From an uncultured Actinomycetota bacterium (lineage in GTDB: Bacteria; Actinomycetota; Acidimicrobiia; Acidimicrobiales; Bog-793): 64,000 nucleotides of DNA. A program made the translations under genes and the position numbers. Location: positions 1,804,272-1,868,271 of the forward strand of contig CAVVDX010000001.1 of NCBI GenBank assembly GCA_963747085.1, in the 5' to 3' direction. This document shows, one piece after another, positions 19,905 through 28,279 of the stretch. The notes beneath the pieces were generated by a model, which ran no database searches, was not told the DNA's origin, and worked only from the letters and a program-made list of their open reading frames with translations. Numbering within the stretch: the stretch's first letter is position 1; the number at the start of each line of letters is the position of its first letter.

Positions 19905-20721
19905 TCAACCGTCCCTCGCCGAGCCCGGTCGTACGGCGTCCACTGCCGCTTCACGCAGGATGCCGTGGGCCGGCGTGCGGAACGTGTAGCTGACCCTCGC
20001 CACGATGCAGTCCTTCGGAATCGTGACAGCACCGGTCGGGTGCTGGCGTCCATAGCGACGCAGCAGTTTGACGAGGGCGCTTCGCTCGCTCTCAGGGAGG
20101 CCGATGGTTGCCACCCCGACGGGCTCGCCACCGTCGGCGAGGATCAGACCGCCGGGTCTGGCCGGTGTGGAAGAGCGCCAGCCAGCGACCTCGAACTCGC
20201 CGGTGAGGCGGTGCTTGGCCTTGAGCCAGTTCCAGACCGCCAGGGGCAGTACCGAGAGCCCCCATCCGCTTGGACGCCATCCCCTCGGCTCCGACTGCCG
20301 CCGTGACAGCGTGCATCGACTGACCGTCCTCGCTCCAGATCGTGGACCACGCCAGCCCATCGGTAGCGGCGTCCAACCCGACGTCGTCGACGACACCTCG
20401 TCGCTCGCTCCAGGGACGATCAACCAGGTCCTTGTCGCCGACAGCGAGCACGTCGAAGACGTACAGCGACGCCGCTGGCTCAAGACTGCGGCTGTTGATC
20501 CGTCCGGTGAGCAGCTGGAAGTCCGCCCGCCCGTCGTCAGCCACGACGACCAGCTCACCGTCGAGCACCAGGTCGGTGCCGAGGGTGCTCAGCGCCTTCA
20601 GCTCAGGCAGACGGTCTGGCCACGGCTTGCCGGGACGGGACGAGACCTGGACGGCGCCGCTCCTGACCTGGACCATCGCCCGCCATCCGTCCGAAGCGGG
20701 CCCGACGAGCCGCAGCGGCAA
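19905..20721 (-). pseudogene. ATP-dependent DNA ligase (LigC/LigD-ligase-like), frame-interrupted; 5' end uncertain
   Basis: ORF 20092-20721 reads ..DGWRAMVQVRSGAVQVSSRPGKPWPDRLPELKAL..LVLDGELVVVADDGRADFQLL..LYVFDVLAVGDKDLVDRPWSERR..AEGMASKR. ORF 19905-20558 supplies the OB-fold part, ..WLKAKHRLTGEFEVAGW..GGLILA..GEPVGVATIGL. The adenylation motif reads SDG where KxDG is expected. Confidence 0.65.
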
Positions 20722-21349
20722 CCCTGGAACCGAAGAGGTTGACCGGGCACTTCTAGCCGCCTGGTCGTACCTGATCGCCCAACCACTTCCTCCGTCGTTG
20801 CCAACGCCGTCCGGGACCGTCTAGCGACCGTCGGGTCGTCCCCGGCGACGTTCACAATCGCCCATTTCCGCTCGGTCCAGTAGCGTAAGGCTCTTCCCTG
20901 TTTCTCCACGCGGCCGTCGTCATTGCGGTCCGCGATCAGATAGGCGGTAGAGGTCGGGCGCCTCCGACCTGCGGCCTTAGCTTAGAGGTGGGGCTAACCA
21001 CTGGACCACTACGTCGGCCCCAGTCAGCCACACCCCTGGTCAGGATCCAAGGAGCAAAATGACCCGTCCCTTTAGTGCCACCGCTAGGGAGTTCGCCGTC
21101 TCTGTATCAACCTCATCGAGAATCCCAATGAGAGACCCCTTGAGTTCACTTTCTAGACTTGGTAGGAGTTCGCCTGGAATGCCATTGCCACTATCGTCTG
21201 ACGGCCAGGCATCGGCGACGAGGTGGAGGACTTGAAACAACACGTAGTAACAGCGGATCGCCGGATGATTCGGCCCAGCTCCAACAACTTTCCGCTAGAT
21301 CCGCGAGTTGCGCCGGTGGAAACCTTCAGACCTTCCGAGTGCTAACTCG

Positions 21350-21928
21350 CTAAGCGCTGACGGGATCAAGTACAACTGGCTCGATGCAGAGATCATGATA
21401 TGTCACTAGCGGGCAATAAAGAATACCCTTATCGGCGAAGAACTTTGCAGCAACATCGCTACGATCAACGAGCGTAATCGCAGCGACTACGTGGCCGCCC
21501 TCGCTCTCAACTGCATCGAAGGCCTGTTGGATCGAACCGCCCGAGGTTACGACGCCATCCACTAGGACCACCGGGAGCACCACGACCTTGGCGCCCTCAA
21601 TCAGTTTGTTCGTTCCTCGCCGCTTCTCCTGCTTGCGCACTGAGAACCACTTCTTGTGCGCCAAATATGACATAACGTGTGCGAAAGCATCAGCCCCCAT
21701 GGTCAGACCACCGACCGCCTCATAATCGATATCTCTTGCCTCCAAGAAGCTCGATGAACGCAGTGCACACGAGGGCGAGATCGTCGCCATCTTCAAGAGC
21801 GGCCTTGCCGTCGATAAAGTCTTTGCTCGTCGCTCCCGAGGCGAGTTCCCGGGGACTATAAATAAATGAGCCCCTTCCTCGCGACGGGCAATTTGGACCA
21901 CTCGGTCCTTCAGAACACTCAGGGTCAT
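21350..21928 (-). pseudogene. Phosphoribosyltransferase (PyrE/OPRT-like PRTase fold); two frame breaks
   Basis: PRPP-binding loop: VVLVDGVVTSGGSIQQAFDAVESEGGHVVAAITLVDR. Also GGLTMGADAFAHVMS..FSVRKQEKRRGTNKLIEGA. The N-terminal segment HLFI/YSPRELASGATSKDFIDGKAALEDGDDLALVCTAFIELL sits in the alternate frame (ORF 21720-21959). Confidence 0.65.
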
Positions 21929-22138
21929 CCTCCGTCTCGCCTTGACGGGACACGGCCACCGGAAGCCGTCATCCTCCCATGTTTCGCTGAGTCGTGGCCA
22001 GCGGGTCCCGCCTCGGTGCGCCGCTGTGCTATGGGCTCTGGTCCTGTTTACCGTAACAAGCTACGGTATTCGAAACAGACCTCAGGGTGGTGGATACCAG
22101 GTCCCCGTCCTCGTACTCCCGATCCCCGCATCCACCAG

Positions 22139-22258
22139 GTGACCTTTCGTGTGACCCAACCGGAGTTCGACGTACTGCGTTCAACTGCGCACCTGGAGGG
22201 TGGGACGGTGAACGACTACGTCTACGCCCTAGTGGTTCGCGTGTCGGCGTTCTGCTGA
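22139..22258 (+). CDS. Possible small ribbon-helix-helix protein (39 aa)
   Basis: GTG 22139 gives VTFRVTQPEFDVLRSTAHLEGGTVNDYVYALVVRVSAFC, a beta-strand/helix/helix pattern like CopG/MobC-type RHH proteins. It is very short and the start is uncertain. Confidence 0.25.
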   Translation: MTFRVTQPEFDVLRSTAHLEGGTVNDYVYALVVRVSAFC

Positions 22259-22637
22259 AGGACCCGCACTTGATCGCCGACCTGGCGAATCAAGCCCCTA
22301 CCGGGCGTCACGGTCTGGATCAGTCGTGAACATCAGTCGGCGAGCTACCCAACCTCCGGCGATTGATCATCGTCGACACCCCTTCTATCTCGGTTTCAGA
22401 TCGCATCACAGTGAAAGATCGTGATAGTTGATGTATCGGGCGCCCTTCGACGCCGAAGTCGATTCTCGCAAGCGCCCGCGCCCTCGGGCGGGTCTTCGAC
22501 GACGGTGGTTCCCGGGTGGGCGATGTAACGGCCGATTAGCGCGTAGCGGAAACGCACCAACACGAGGTGTCACGCAACTCGCTTGCCCGAGACCAGAATC
22601 CGTACTTGAACAGCCCCGATGATCCAGCGGGCACGTG

Positions 22638-23797
22638 CTAATCCGCCGAGCGAGACAGCGTCAACGTGCGGCCGAGGCTCGCGGCCAACTCCCAGTCGCG
22701 CTGCTCGACGGCGTGGGAGTACACACGGAGCGTGACGGAAGGGTCGGCGTGGCCGAGCCGAGCGCCCACGGTCACGGCATCGAAGCCGGCGGCGATTGCC
22801 TGGGTCGCGGAGAAGTGCCGGAGCGCGTGGAGGTGGGTGTCCACGCCGGCCCGCTTGGCGACCCTGATCGTGAACTTCGTGAGGACGTCGAGCCGCATCG
22901 GTTCGAGCCCGGCTGGCGAGCGCTAGAACATGAAGGCATGCGGCGCCACGGCCACCCCGAGGTCGCGGGCCAGGGTGTCGATCTGTCGCGGTGGCGTCGG
23001 AGAATCTCAACGCCAAGGTCGTCCAGGCCCACCTTGCGCGCTGCGTGGGTTTTTGTCGCCTTCTCGCCCCACCCACCACCGGGCGTCTCGTAGATCGAGC
23101 GGGCGACGCGGAGCGTGCGAGCCTCGGCGTCGAAGTCTGACCATCGCAGCGCACACAGCTCGCCCCGCCGGGCTCCTGTGAGGGCGGCCAGCGAGAGCAG
23201 CGCTGCGAAGGCCGGCTCGATCGCCTCGGCGACTTCGATGATGGCGCGCACCTGCTCGGGGTCAGGAGCCTCGACCTGCGAGGCGTGCACAGGTGGCGGC
23301 GTGGCCCGCTTGCTGACGTTGCGGTCGATCAGGCCCCACTTCTCGGCCTGGTGGAGCGCGACGCCGATCAGGGCGTGGACGTGGCGGACGGTCATCGGCT
23401 TCAGGCCGCGGGCGACGAGCCGGGCGTACAGGCGGTCGAGGTCGACAGCAGTCAACCGGGCGAGCCGGACGCCGCCGAGTTCCGGGCGAAGGATGGTGTC
23501 AGCGATGCGGCGGTACTCCCGGAGCGTCGTCGGCGAGCGGCCGATCGACTCGGCGTGCTCCAGGAAGCGGTCGAGCAGATGGCCGACTGTCTCGGTACCG
23601 GTCGCCGTGTTGCCCTTAGCGACCTCGGCGACCATCCGGGCCAGCTGCCGGTCGGCCTCCCGTACGCCCGAGCCCGGCCGGCCATCGCCCGTGCGCACGG
23701 TCTCGCTGCGCTGGATGGGCTGGCCCTTGGCGTTGCGGCCCAGGTAGACCCGCAGGCGCCACACACCCGCGCTGACTTCGTCCTTCGTTCCCTGCAT
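22638..23797 (-). pseudogene. int: Tyrosine-type site-specific integrase; one frame break plus an in-frame TAG
   Basis: MQGTKDEVSAGVWRLRVYLG..TLREYRRIADTILRPELGGVRLARLTAVDLDRLYARL..ALLSLAALTGARRGELCALRWSDFD.. reads to a break at ~22985. It continues ..QIDTLARDLGVAVAPHAFMF, hits TAG at 22923-22925, and then reads RSPAGLEPMRLDVLTKFTIRVAKRAGVDTHLHALRHFSATQAIAAGFDAVTVGARLGHADPSVTLRVYSH (R..HxxR..Y catalytic residues). Confidence 0.85.
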
Positions 23798-23874
23798 GCC
23801 GCCATTGTAGTCCGGAAGTAGTCCGACAACTGAGGCGACGTGCGAGCAGCGAGACGAAGCAGCGCTCACACCTG

Positions 23875-23959
23875 CGGAGGGAGGGGGATTCGAACCCCCG
23901 GTCCCTCGCGGGACAACGGTTTTCAAGACCGTCGCAATCGTCCGCTCTGCCATCCCTCC
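23875..23959 (-). tRNA. tRNA-Ser (anticodon UGA)
   Basis: The minus strand reads GGAGGGATGGCAGAGCGGACGATTGCGACGGTCTTGAAAACCGTTGTCCCGCGAGGGACCGGGGGTTCGAATCCCCCTCCCTCCG. It has a 7-bp acceptor stem, the anticodon loop CTTGAAA, a long variable arm and a GGGGG/TTCGAAT/CCCCC T-arm. Confidence 0.9.
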
Positions 23960-24017
23960 GTCGCTCAGTGTGCCAGCAGGGACGGTACGGCGTCGCTCGT
24001 CGCCGGCGCGGCGGGGC

Positions 24018-24434
24018 TCAGCGAGCCGGCCGAACGCTCACGCCGGCGCGCAGCGCCCGCGGGATCTCGGCGACGTCGTCCACCTTGTCCAAGAGGCGCT
24101 CCACGAGCTCCGGCTCAGCGTCGGTGATCAGCTCCAGCGCGTACTCGACGCCGGTCGACGCCCAGCTGACGGCGTCGAACCCGCCGGCCGCTTCGACGCG
24201 CACCCCGGCCAGCTCGATGCCAAGATCGGCCGCCTCCCGATAGCAGTCGTTGAGGACGCAACCTGCGACGGCGAGGTGGAGCAGGTGAGCCCCGGTGAAG
24301 TCGGCCTCGACGGTCACCCCGCCGGGCGTCCAGCGGTGCGGGAACCCGACCACGTCCGACGCCACCGAGCGCAGCGTGCCAGCGCTGGCGACCACCTTGT
24401 ACTGCTCCTCCACGCCCGCCCTCCTCTTCTCCAC
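24018..24434 (-). CDS. OsmC/Ohr-family protein
   Basis: The 138-aa ORF includes ..GGVTVEADFTGAHLLHLAVAGCVLNDCYREAADLGIEL.. Size and the conserved-Cys context resemble the OsmC family (assigned from recall). Confidence 0.5.
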   Translation of the reverse strand: MEKRRAGVEEQYKVVASAGTLRSVASDVVGFPHRWTPGGVTVEADFTGAHLLHLAVAGCVLNDCYREAADLGIELAGVRVEAAGGFDAVSWASTGVEYALELITDAEPELVERLLDKVDDVAEIPRALRAGVSVRPAR

Positions 24435-24446
24435 AGTGGTGCGCTC

Positions 24447-25432
24447 CTACGACCCGGCGCCCGGCAGCTTGGCGCGAAGCCCGGCGATCCAGTCCCGCGC
24501 GGCGAGACGGCGCACGGCGATCTGCTCGCGCACCTCCGACGAGCCGGCTCCGACCGCAGGGTAGGAGCCGAGGAACTTCACGTCCTCGAGCTCGACGCGC
24601 AGCTCTTCGAGGCAGTCGGCGAGCAGCTCGTCGGCGAGGTGCCCCTCCACGTCGATGACGAAGCAGTAGTCGCCGAGGGCCTGCTTGGTCGGCCTGGACT
24701 CGATGCGGGTCAGGTTGAGGCTGCGCGCGGCGAACTGGCCGAGGATCTGGTGCAGGTTGCCGGGCCGGTCGGCATGCTGGAAGCAGACGATGGACGTCTT
24801 GTCGTGCCCCGTCGGGCGGGGTCACGCGGTCCGGCCCGACGAGGACGAAACGGGTCTGGTTGCCCTCGTGGTCCTCGATCGCGTGCGCCAGCACCTCGAG
24901 CCCGTACAGCTTGGCGGTGAGCCCCGGTGCGATGGCGGCCTCGCCGGCTGCACCGGACTCGGCCACGGTGCGCGCCGCCTCGGCGGTCGAGCTCGCCGCC
25001 ACGACCGCGGCCCCCGGAAGGTGGGCGCCGAGGAAATTCGCGGCATTGCGCGCTGGCGACGGGAAAGGACAGGACGCGCCCGACCGCCGAGGCGGTGGTG
25101 CCCGGGCGGGCAAGGAGGTCGAGGTGCACGTCGAGCACGACCTCGCGCTGGATGAGCAGCTCGGCGTCGAAGACGAGGCGGTCCAGGGTGACATTGACCG
25201 AGCCCTCGATCGAGTTCTCGATCGGGACGAAGGCGGCGTCGACCTCGCCACGCTCGGCGGCGTCGATCGCCTCCTCGATGGTCGGCATCGGCACGAGCTC
25301 TCGCGCGGCGAGGTCGGCCTCGCCGAGCAGGGCTTCCTCGCTGAACGTGCCGGGCGGGCCGAGGTAGGCGATGCGCGCCGGCGCCGGCAGCGGCGCGCGC
25401 CCGACAGGCGGGCTGTCCGGTCGGGGGGGCAC
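24447..25432 (-). CDS. pheA: Prephenate dehydratase; two frame breaks (possible sequencing indels)
   Basis: RIAYLGPPGTFSEEAL..VPIENSIEGSVNVTLDRL.. (ORF 24710-25432) continues as ..NFLGAHLPGAAVVAASSTAEAARTVAE..AAIAPGLTAKLYGLEVLAHAIEDHEGNQTRFVLVG. The ACT domain follows: GHDKTSIVCFQHADRPGNLHQILGQFAARSLNLTRIESRPTKQALGDYCFVIDVEGHLADE.. (frame of ORF 24447-24650). Confidence 0.85.
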
Positions 25433-25446
25433 GGCTGGCAGGATAG

Positions 25447-26214
25447 ATGCCCGAGATGAACGACAACGACCTGCACCACTTGCTCGATGACGTCCGATCC
25501 GGGGCGGTCACCGCCGACGAGGCGGTCGCCAGGTTGCGCCGCCTGCCATTCGCCGACCTCGGGTTCGCCCGGGTCGACCACCACCGCCAGCTGCGGCAGG
25601 GTTTCGCCGAGGCCGTCTACGGGCCGGGCAAGACGCCCGAGCAGTGCGCGGCGATCGTCGCCGAGCTGCTCACCGCCGGCGCCGGTCCGGTGCTGCTGAC
25701 CCGCGCCGACCCCGACCAGGTGGCGACGGTGGCGGCGCGCTGCCCGGGCGGCGAGGCGACGCCCGCCGAGCCGGCGGCCGGACGGCTGTGCACGGTCGTG
25801 TGGCGGCCGGCGCCCCGGCGCGACGGGATCGTCGTCGTCGTCACCGCCGGCACGGCGGACCTGCCCGTCGCCGAGGAGTGCGCGGCGACGTTGCGTGCGC
25901 ACGGCTTTCACCCCACGATGCTCGCCGACTGCGGCGTCGCCGGGCTGCACCGCCTGCTCGCCGTGCGAGACGAGCTGGCCAAGGCCGACGCCCTGGTCGT
26001 CGTCGCCGGCATGGAGGGCGCGCTGGCCAGCGTGGTCGGCGGGCTGACCGGCGCTCCCGTGGTCGCGGTGCCGACGAGCGTCGGCTACGGCTCCTCGCTC
26101 GCCGGTGTCACCGCTCTGCTGGCGATGCTCAGCTCCTGCGCGGCGGGGCTCACCGTCGTCGGGATCGACAACGGCTTCGGCGCCGCCAACGCCGTGGTCC
26201 GCATGCTCGGGTGA
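25447..26214 (+). CDS. larB: LarB-like nickel-pincer cofactor biosynthesis protein (PurE/AIR-carboxylase fold)
   Basis: ..VDHHRQLRQGFAEAVYGPGKTPEQ..VVVVTAGTADLPVAEEC..VVVAGMEGALASVVGGLTGAPVVAVPTSVGYG.. Confidence 0.75.
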   Translation: MPEMNDNDLHHLLDDVRSGAVTADEAVARLRRLPFADLGFARVDHHRQLRQGFAEAVYGPGKTPEQCAAIVAELLTAGAGPVLLTRADPDQVATVAARCPGGEATPAEPAAGRLCTVVWRPAPRRDGIVVVVTAGTADLPVAEECAATLRAHGFHPTMLADCGVAGLHRLLAVRDELAKADALVVVAGMEGALASVVGGLTGAPVVAVPTSVGYGSSLAGVTALLAMLSSCAAGLTVVGIDNGFGAANAVVRMLG

Positions 26215-26264
26215 GCGCCGCCGGCGGGGAGGCTGGCCCGGCTGGGGGCGGCGACGATCGTGGC

Positions 26265-27629
26265 ATGGGGAACCACGGGCGCGCTACGGGCCTCAGAGCG
26301 GGCACGGGCCTGAGAGCAGGCACGGGCCTCAGAGCAGGCACCGAAGAGGGTGGGGCCGCCACAGGCGAGCGGGTCGCCTGGTTCCACTGCTTCGCCGGCA
26401 TCGCCGGCGACATGGCCCTCGGCAGCCTGCTCGACGCCGGTGCCGACCTCGCCGAGCTGCGCTCGCTGCTCGCCCGCCTGCCGCTCGGCGGCTGGAGCAT
26501 CGAGGTCGTCCCGGTGCTGCGCGGTGGGATCGCCGCCACCCAAGTCGTGGTGGAGGTCGAGGAGGACGGGGTGGTGCGCACCTTCCCCAACGTGCTCGCC
26601 ATCCTCGAGCAGGCGCGACTGCCGCGCCGGGTGCACGACCGAGCCGTCGCTGCCTTCTCCGCCCTCGCCTCGGTCGAGGGCCGCTTGCACCGCCGGCCGG
26701 CCAACCAGGTGCACTTCCACGAGCTCGGTGGCCACGACACGATCATCGACATCGTCGGGACGGCCGCCGCGCTCGAGGTGCTCGACGTCGCCGAGGTGTC
26801 GGCCAGCGACGTCCGCACCGGCACCGGCGTCGTGCGCACCGCGCACGGCATCCTGCCCAACCCGAGCCCGGCGGTCCTCGACCTGCTCGCCGGGGCGCCC
26901 GTCGTCGGCATGGACGTGAGCGTCGAGCTGACCACGCCGACCGGAGCAGCGATCCTCGCGACGATGGCATCGGGCTTCGGGCCGATGCCGGCGATGACCG
27001 TCGAGGTCACGGGGTACGGGGCGGGCTCGCGCGAGCTCGACGAGCTGCCCAACTGCACCCAGGTCGTTCTCGGACGGCCCGGCGCGCCGGCCGGAGCGCG
27101 CCCCGCCGCCCAGCCGCTCGTGCTGCTCGAGGCCAACCTCGACGACGCAACGGGCGAGCAGCTCGCCGACGCCGTCGCCGCCCTGTTCGAGCACGGCGCC
27201 CTCGACGCCTGGACGGCGCCTGTGACGATGAAGAAGGGACGGCCCGGCCATGTGCTGTCCTGCCTGGCAGACCCCGCCCTCGGAGCCCAGCTGCGGCGCG
27301 TCGTCACCACCGAGACCGGCTCGCTCGGCGTGCGCGCCCAGCTCGTCGAGCGCTACGCGATGCCGCGACGCCTCGAGGAGGTGCACGTCGCCGGCGAGGC
27401 GGTGCGCGTCAAGGTGAGCCCCGGCCGCGTGAAGGCCGAGCACGACGACGCGGCAGACGCCGCCCGACGCCTCGGACTGCCGGCGCGCGAGGTGGCTCGC
27501 CTGGCAGAAGAGGCCTGGCGCGCCGAGGCCGGGCCCGGGGCGGCGGTGGACGCGGGCGCGCCGCTCGTCGGGCCTCCCGCTGCCGGACCGGGCAGCGGGG
27601 CCGAGCCGGAGCCCGAGTCCTCCGCATGA
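26265..27629 (+). CDS. larC: LarC-like nickel insertion protein (DUF111 family)
   Basis: ATG 26265. Reads ..VAWFHCFAGIAGDMALGSLLDAGAD..VHFHELGGHDTIIDIVG..LTTPTGAAILA..LLEANLDDATGEQL..VTMKKGRPGHVLS. The N-terminus carries the 3x18-bp repeat GLRAGT. Confidence 0.8.
   Translation: MGNHGRATGLRAGTGLRAGTGLRAGTEEGGAATGERVAWFHCFAGIAGDMALGSLLDAGADLAELRSLLARLPLGGWSIEVVPVLRGGIAATQVVVEVEEDGVVRTFPNVLAILEQARLPRRVHDRAVAAFSALASVEGRLHRRPANQVHFHELGGHDTIIDIVGTAAALEVLDVAEVSASDVRTGTGVVRTAHGILPNPSPAVLDLLAGAPVVGMDVSVELTTPTGAAILATMASGFGPMPAMTVEVTGYGAGSRELDELPNCTQVVLGRPGAPAGARPAAQPLVLLEANLDDATGEQLADAVAALFEHGALDAWTAPVTMKKGRPGHVLSCLADPALGAQLRRVVTTETGSLGVRAQLVERYAMPRRLEEVHVAGEAVRVKVSPGRVKAEHDDAADAARRLGLPAREVARLAEEAWRAEAGPGAAVDAGAPLVGPPAAGPGSGAEPEPESSA
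26286..26339 (+). repeat. Three tandem 18-bp units (acgggcctcagagcgggc-like) encoding (T)GLRAG x3 at the LarC N-terminus
   Basis: Units at 26286-26303, 26304-21 and 26322-39 differ at only 1-2 positions. Confidence 0.85.
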
Positions 27630-27718
27630 GGCCGCGCTCGGGCGGGTCCGCGGACCGCTGGTAGACGACGGGTCGGCGATCGCCGGGAGTCGCCGAGCGG
27701 GATGGCAGGCTGAGCGTC

Positions 27719-28279
27719 GTGCCCGACGCAACCGGGGGGACGCGGATCCGCATGGTGCGCGCCGACGAGGGCGCGTTGCTCCTCGAGATCGAACGAGAGT
27801 CCGACGAGCGATTCGACGAGATCGGGATCGGTCCCTTCGCTGCTGACGACAACGAGGGTCATCTCGCTCGCTCGGCCGTCGTGCTGGTCGCGGGAGATCC
27901 CCCCGTCGGCTTCGCGAGCGTCGAGATCGTCGACGGCCTCGCGCATCTCTGGCAGCTCTCCGTCCGTCCCTCGCACGGTCGCCGTGGCGTGGGAACCGCG
28001 CTCGTCGAAGCCGTCTGTCAGTGGGCCGGGTCGCAGGGGTACGAAGCCGTCACGTTGACGACGTATCGCGACGTTCCGTGGAACGGACCGTTCTACCGCC
28101 GGCTGGGCTTCCGACCTCTCGATGAGCTCACGCCAGGGCTGGCGGCGCTGCGCGAGCACGAGAAAGCGATCGGAGACGACGACTTCGGTCCCCGGGTGGC
28201 GATGCGCCGGGATCTCAGCCGCGCACGTCGAGCACGATCCGCGCGCTCTGCGCCGCTGCGCCCGTCGCGTTCGCCGTGA
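27719..28279 (+). CDS. GNAT family N-acetyltransferase
   Basis: ..LWQLSVRPSHGRRGVGTALVEAVCQWA..TYRDVPWNGPFYRRLGF. The last ~20 codons overlap the convergent gene, so the functional end may be earlier. Confidence 0.65.
   Translation: MPDATGGTRIRMVRADEGALLLEIERESDERFDEIGIGPFAADDNEGHLARSAVVLVAGDPPVGFASVEIVDGLAHLWQLSVRPSHGRRGVGTALVEAVCQWAGSQGYEAVTLTTYRDVPWNGPFYRRLGFRPLDELTPGLAALREHEKAIGDDDFGPRVAMRRDLSRARRARSARSAPLRPSRSP

Larger units (their letters stand above)
20930..22640. other. Visibly lower-G+C sub-block inside the island (by eye much more A/T-rich than its flanks)
   Basis: A/T-rich strings such as tataaataaatgag, aagaataccctta and gttttgactctagactc are common here and rare elsewhere in the window. 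No exact composition was calculated. Confidence 0.5.
1..23874. mobile_element. Putative integrative genomic (defence) island abutting the 3' end of tRNA-Ser; left boundary not located (may lie beyond the window start)
   Basis: A tyrosine integrase (22638-23797) lies immediately downstream of tRNA-Ser (23875-23959) on the same strand. The content is recombinase, restriction/modification-type and DISARM-type genes, a ligase and a lower-G+C sub-block. Clearly housekeeping genes start only right of the tRNA. No att direct repeat was found by eye. Confidence 0.5.

Noticed and set aside
20950-21030. A tRNA-like string on the minus strand (..GTAGTGGTCCAGTGGTTAGCCCCAC..) resembling a D-arm.
   Set aside because: No complementary acceptor stem, no canonical anticodon arm and no TTCGAAT-type T-loop could be folded. 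It is at most a tRNA fragment or a chance match.
25644-27629. A 661-aa ORF implying a much longer LarC.
   Set aside because: The N-terminal ~200 aa overlap larB in a different frame and are Arg/Gly junk. The recognisable LarC sequence starts at ATG 26265.
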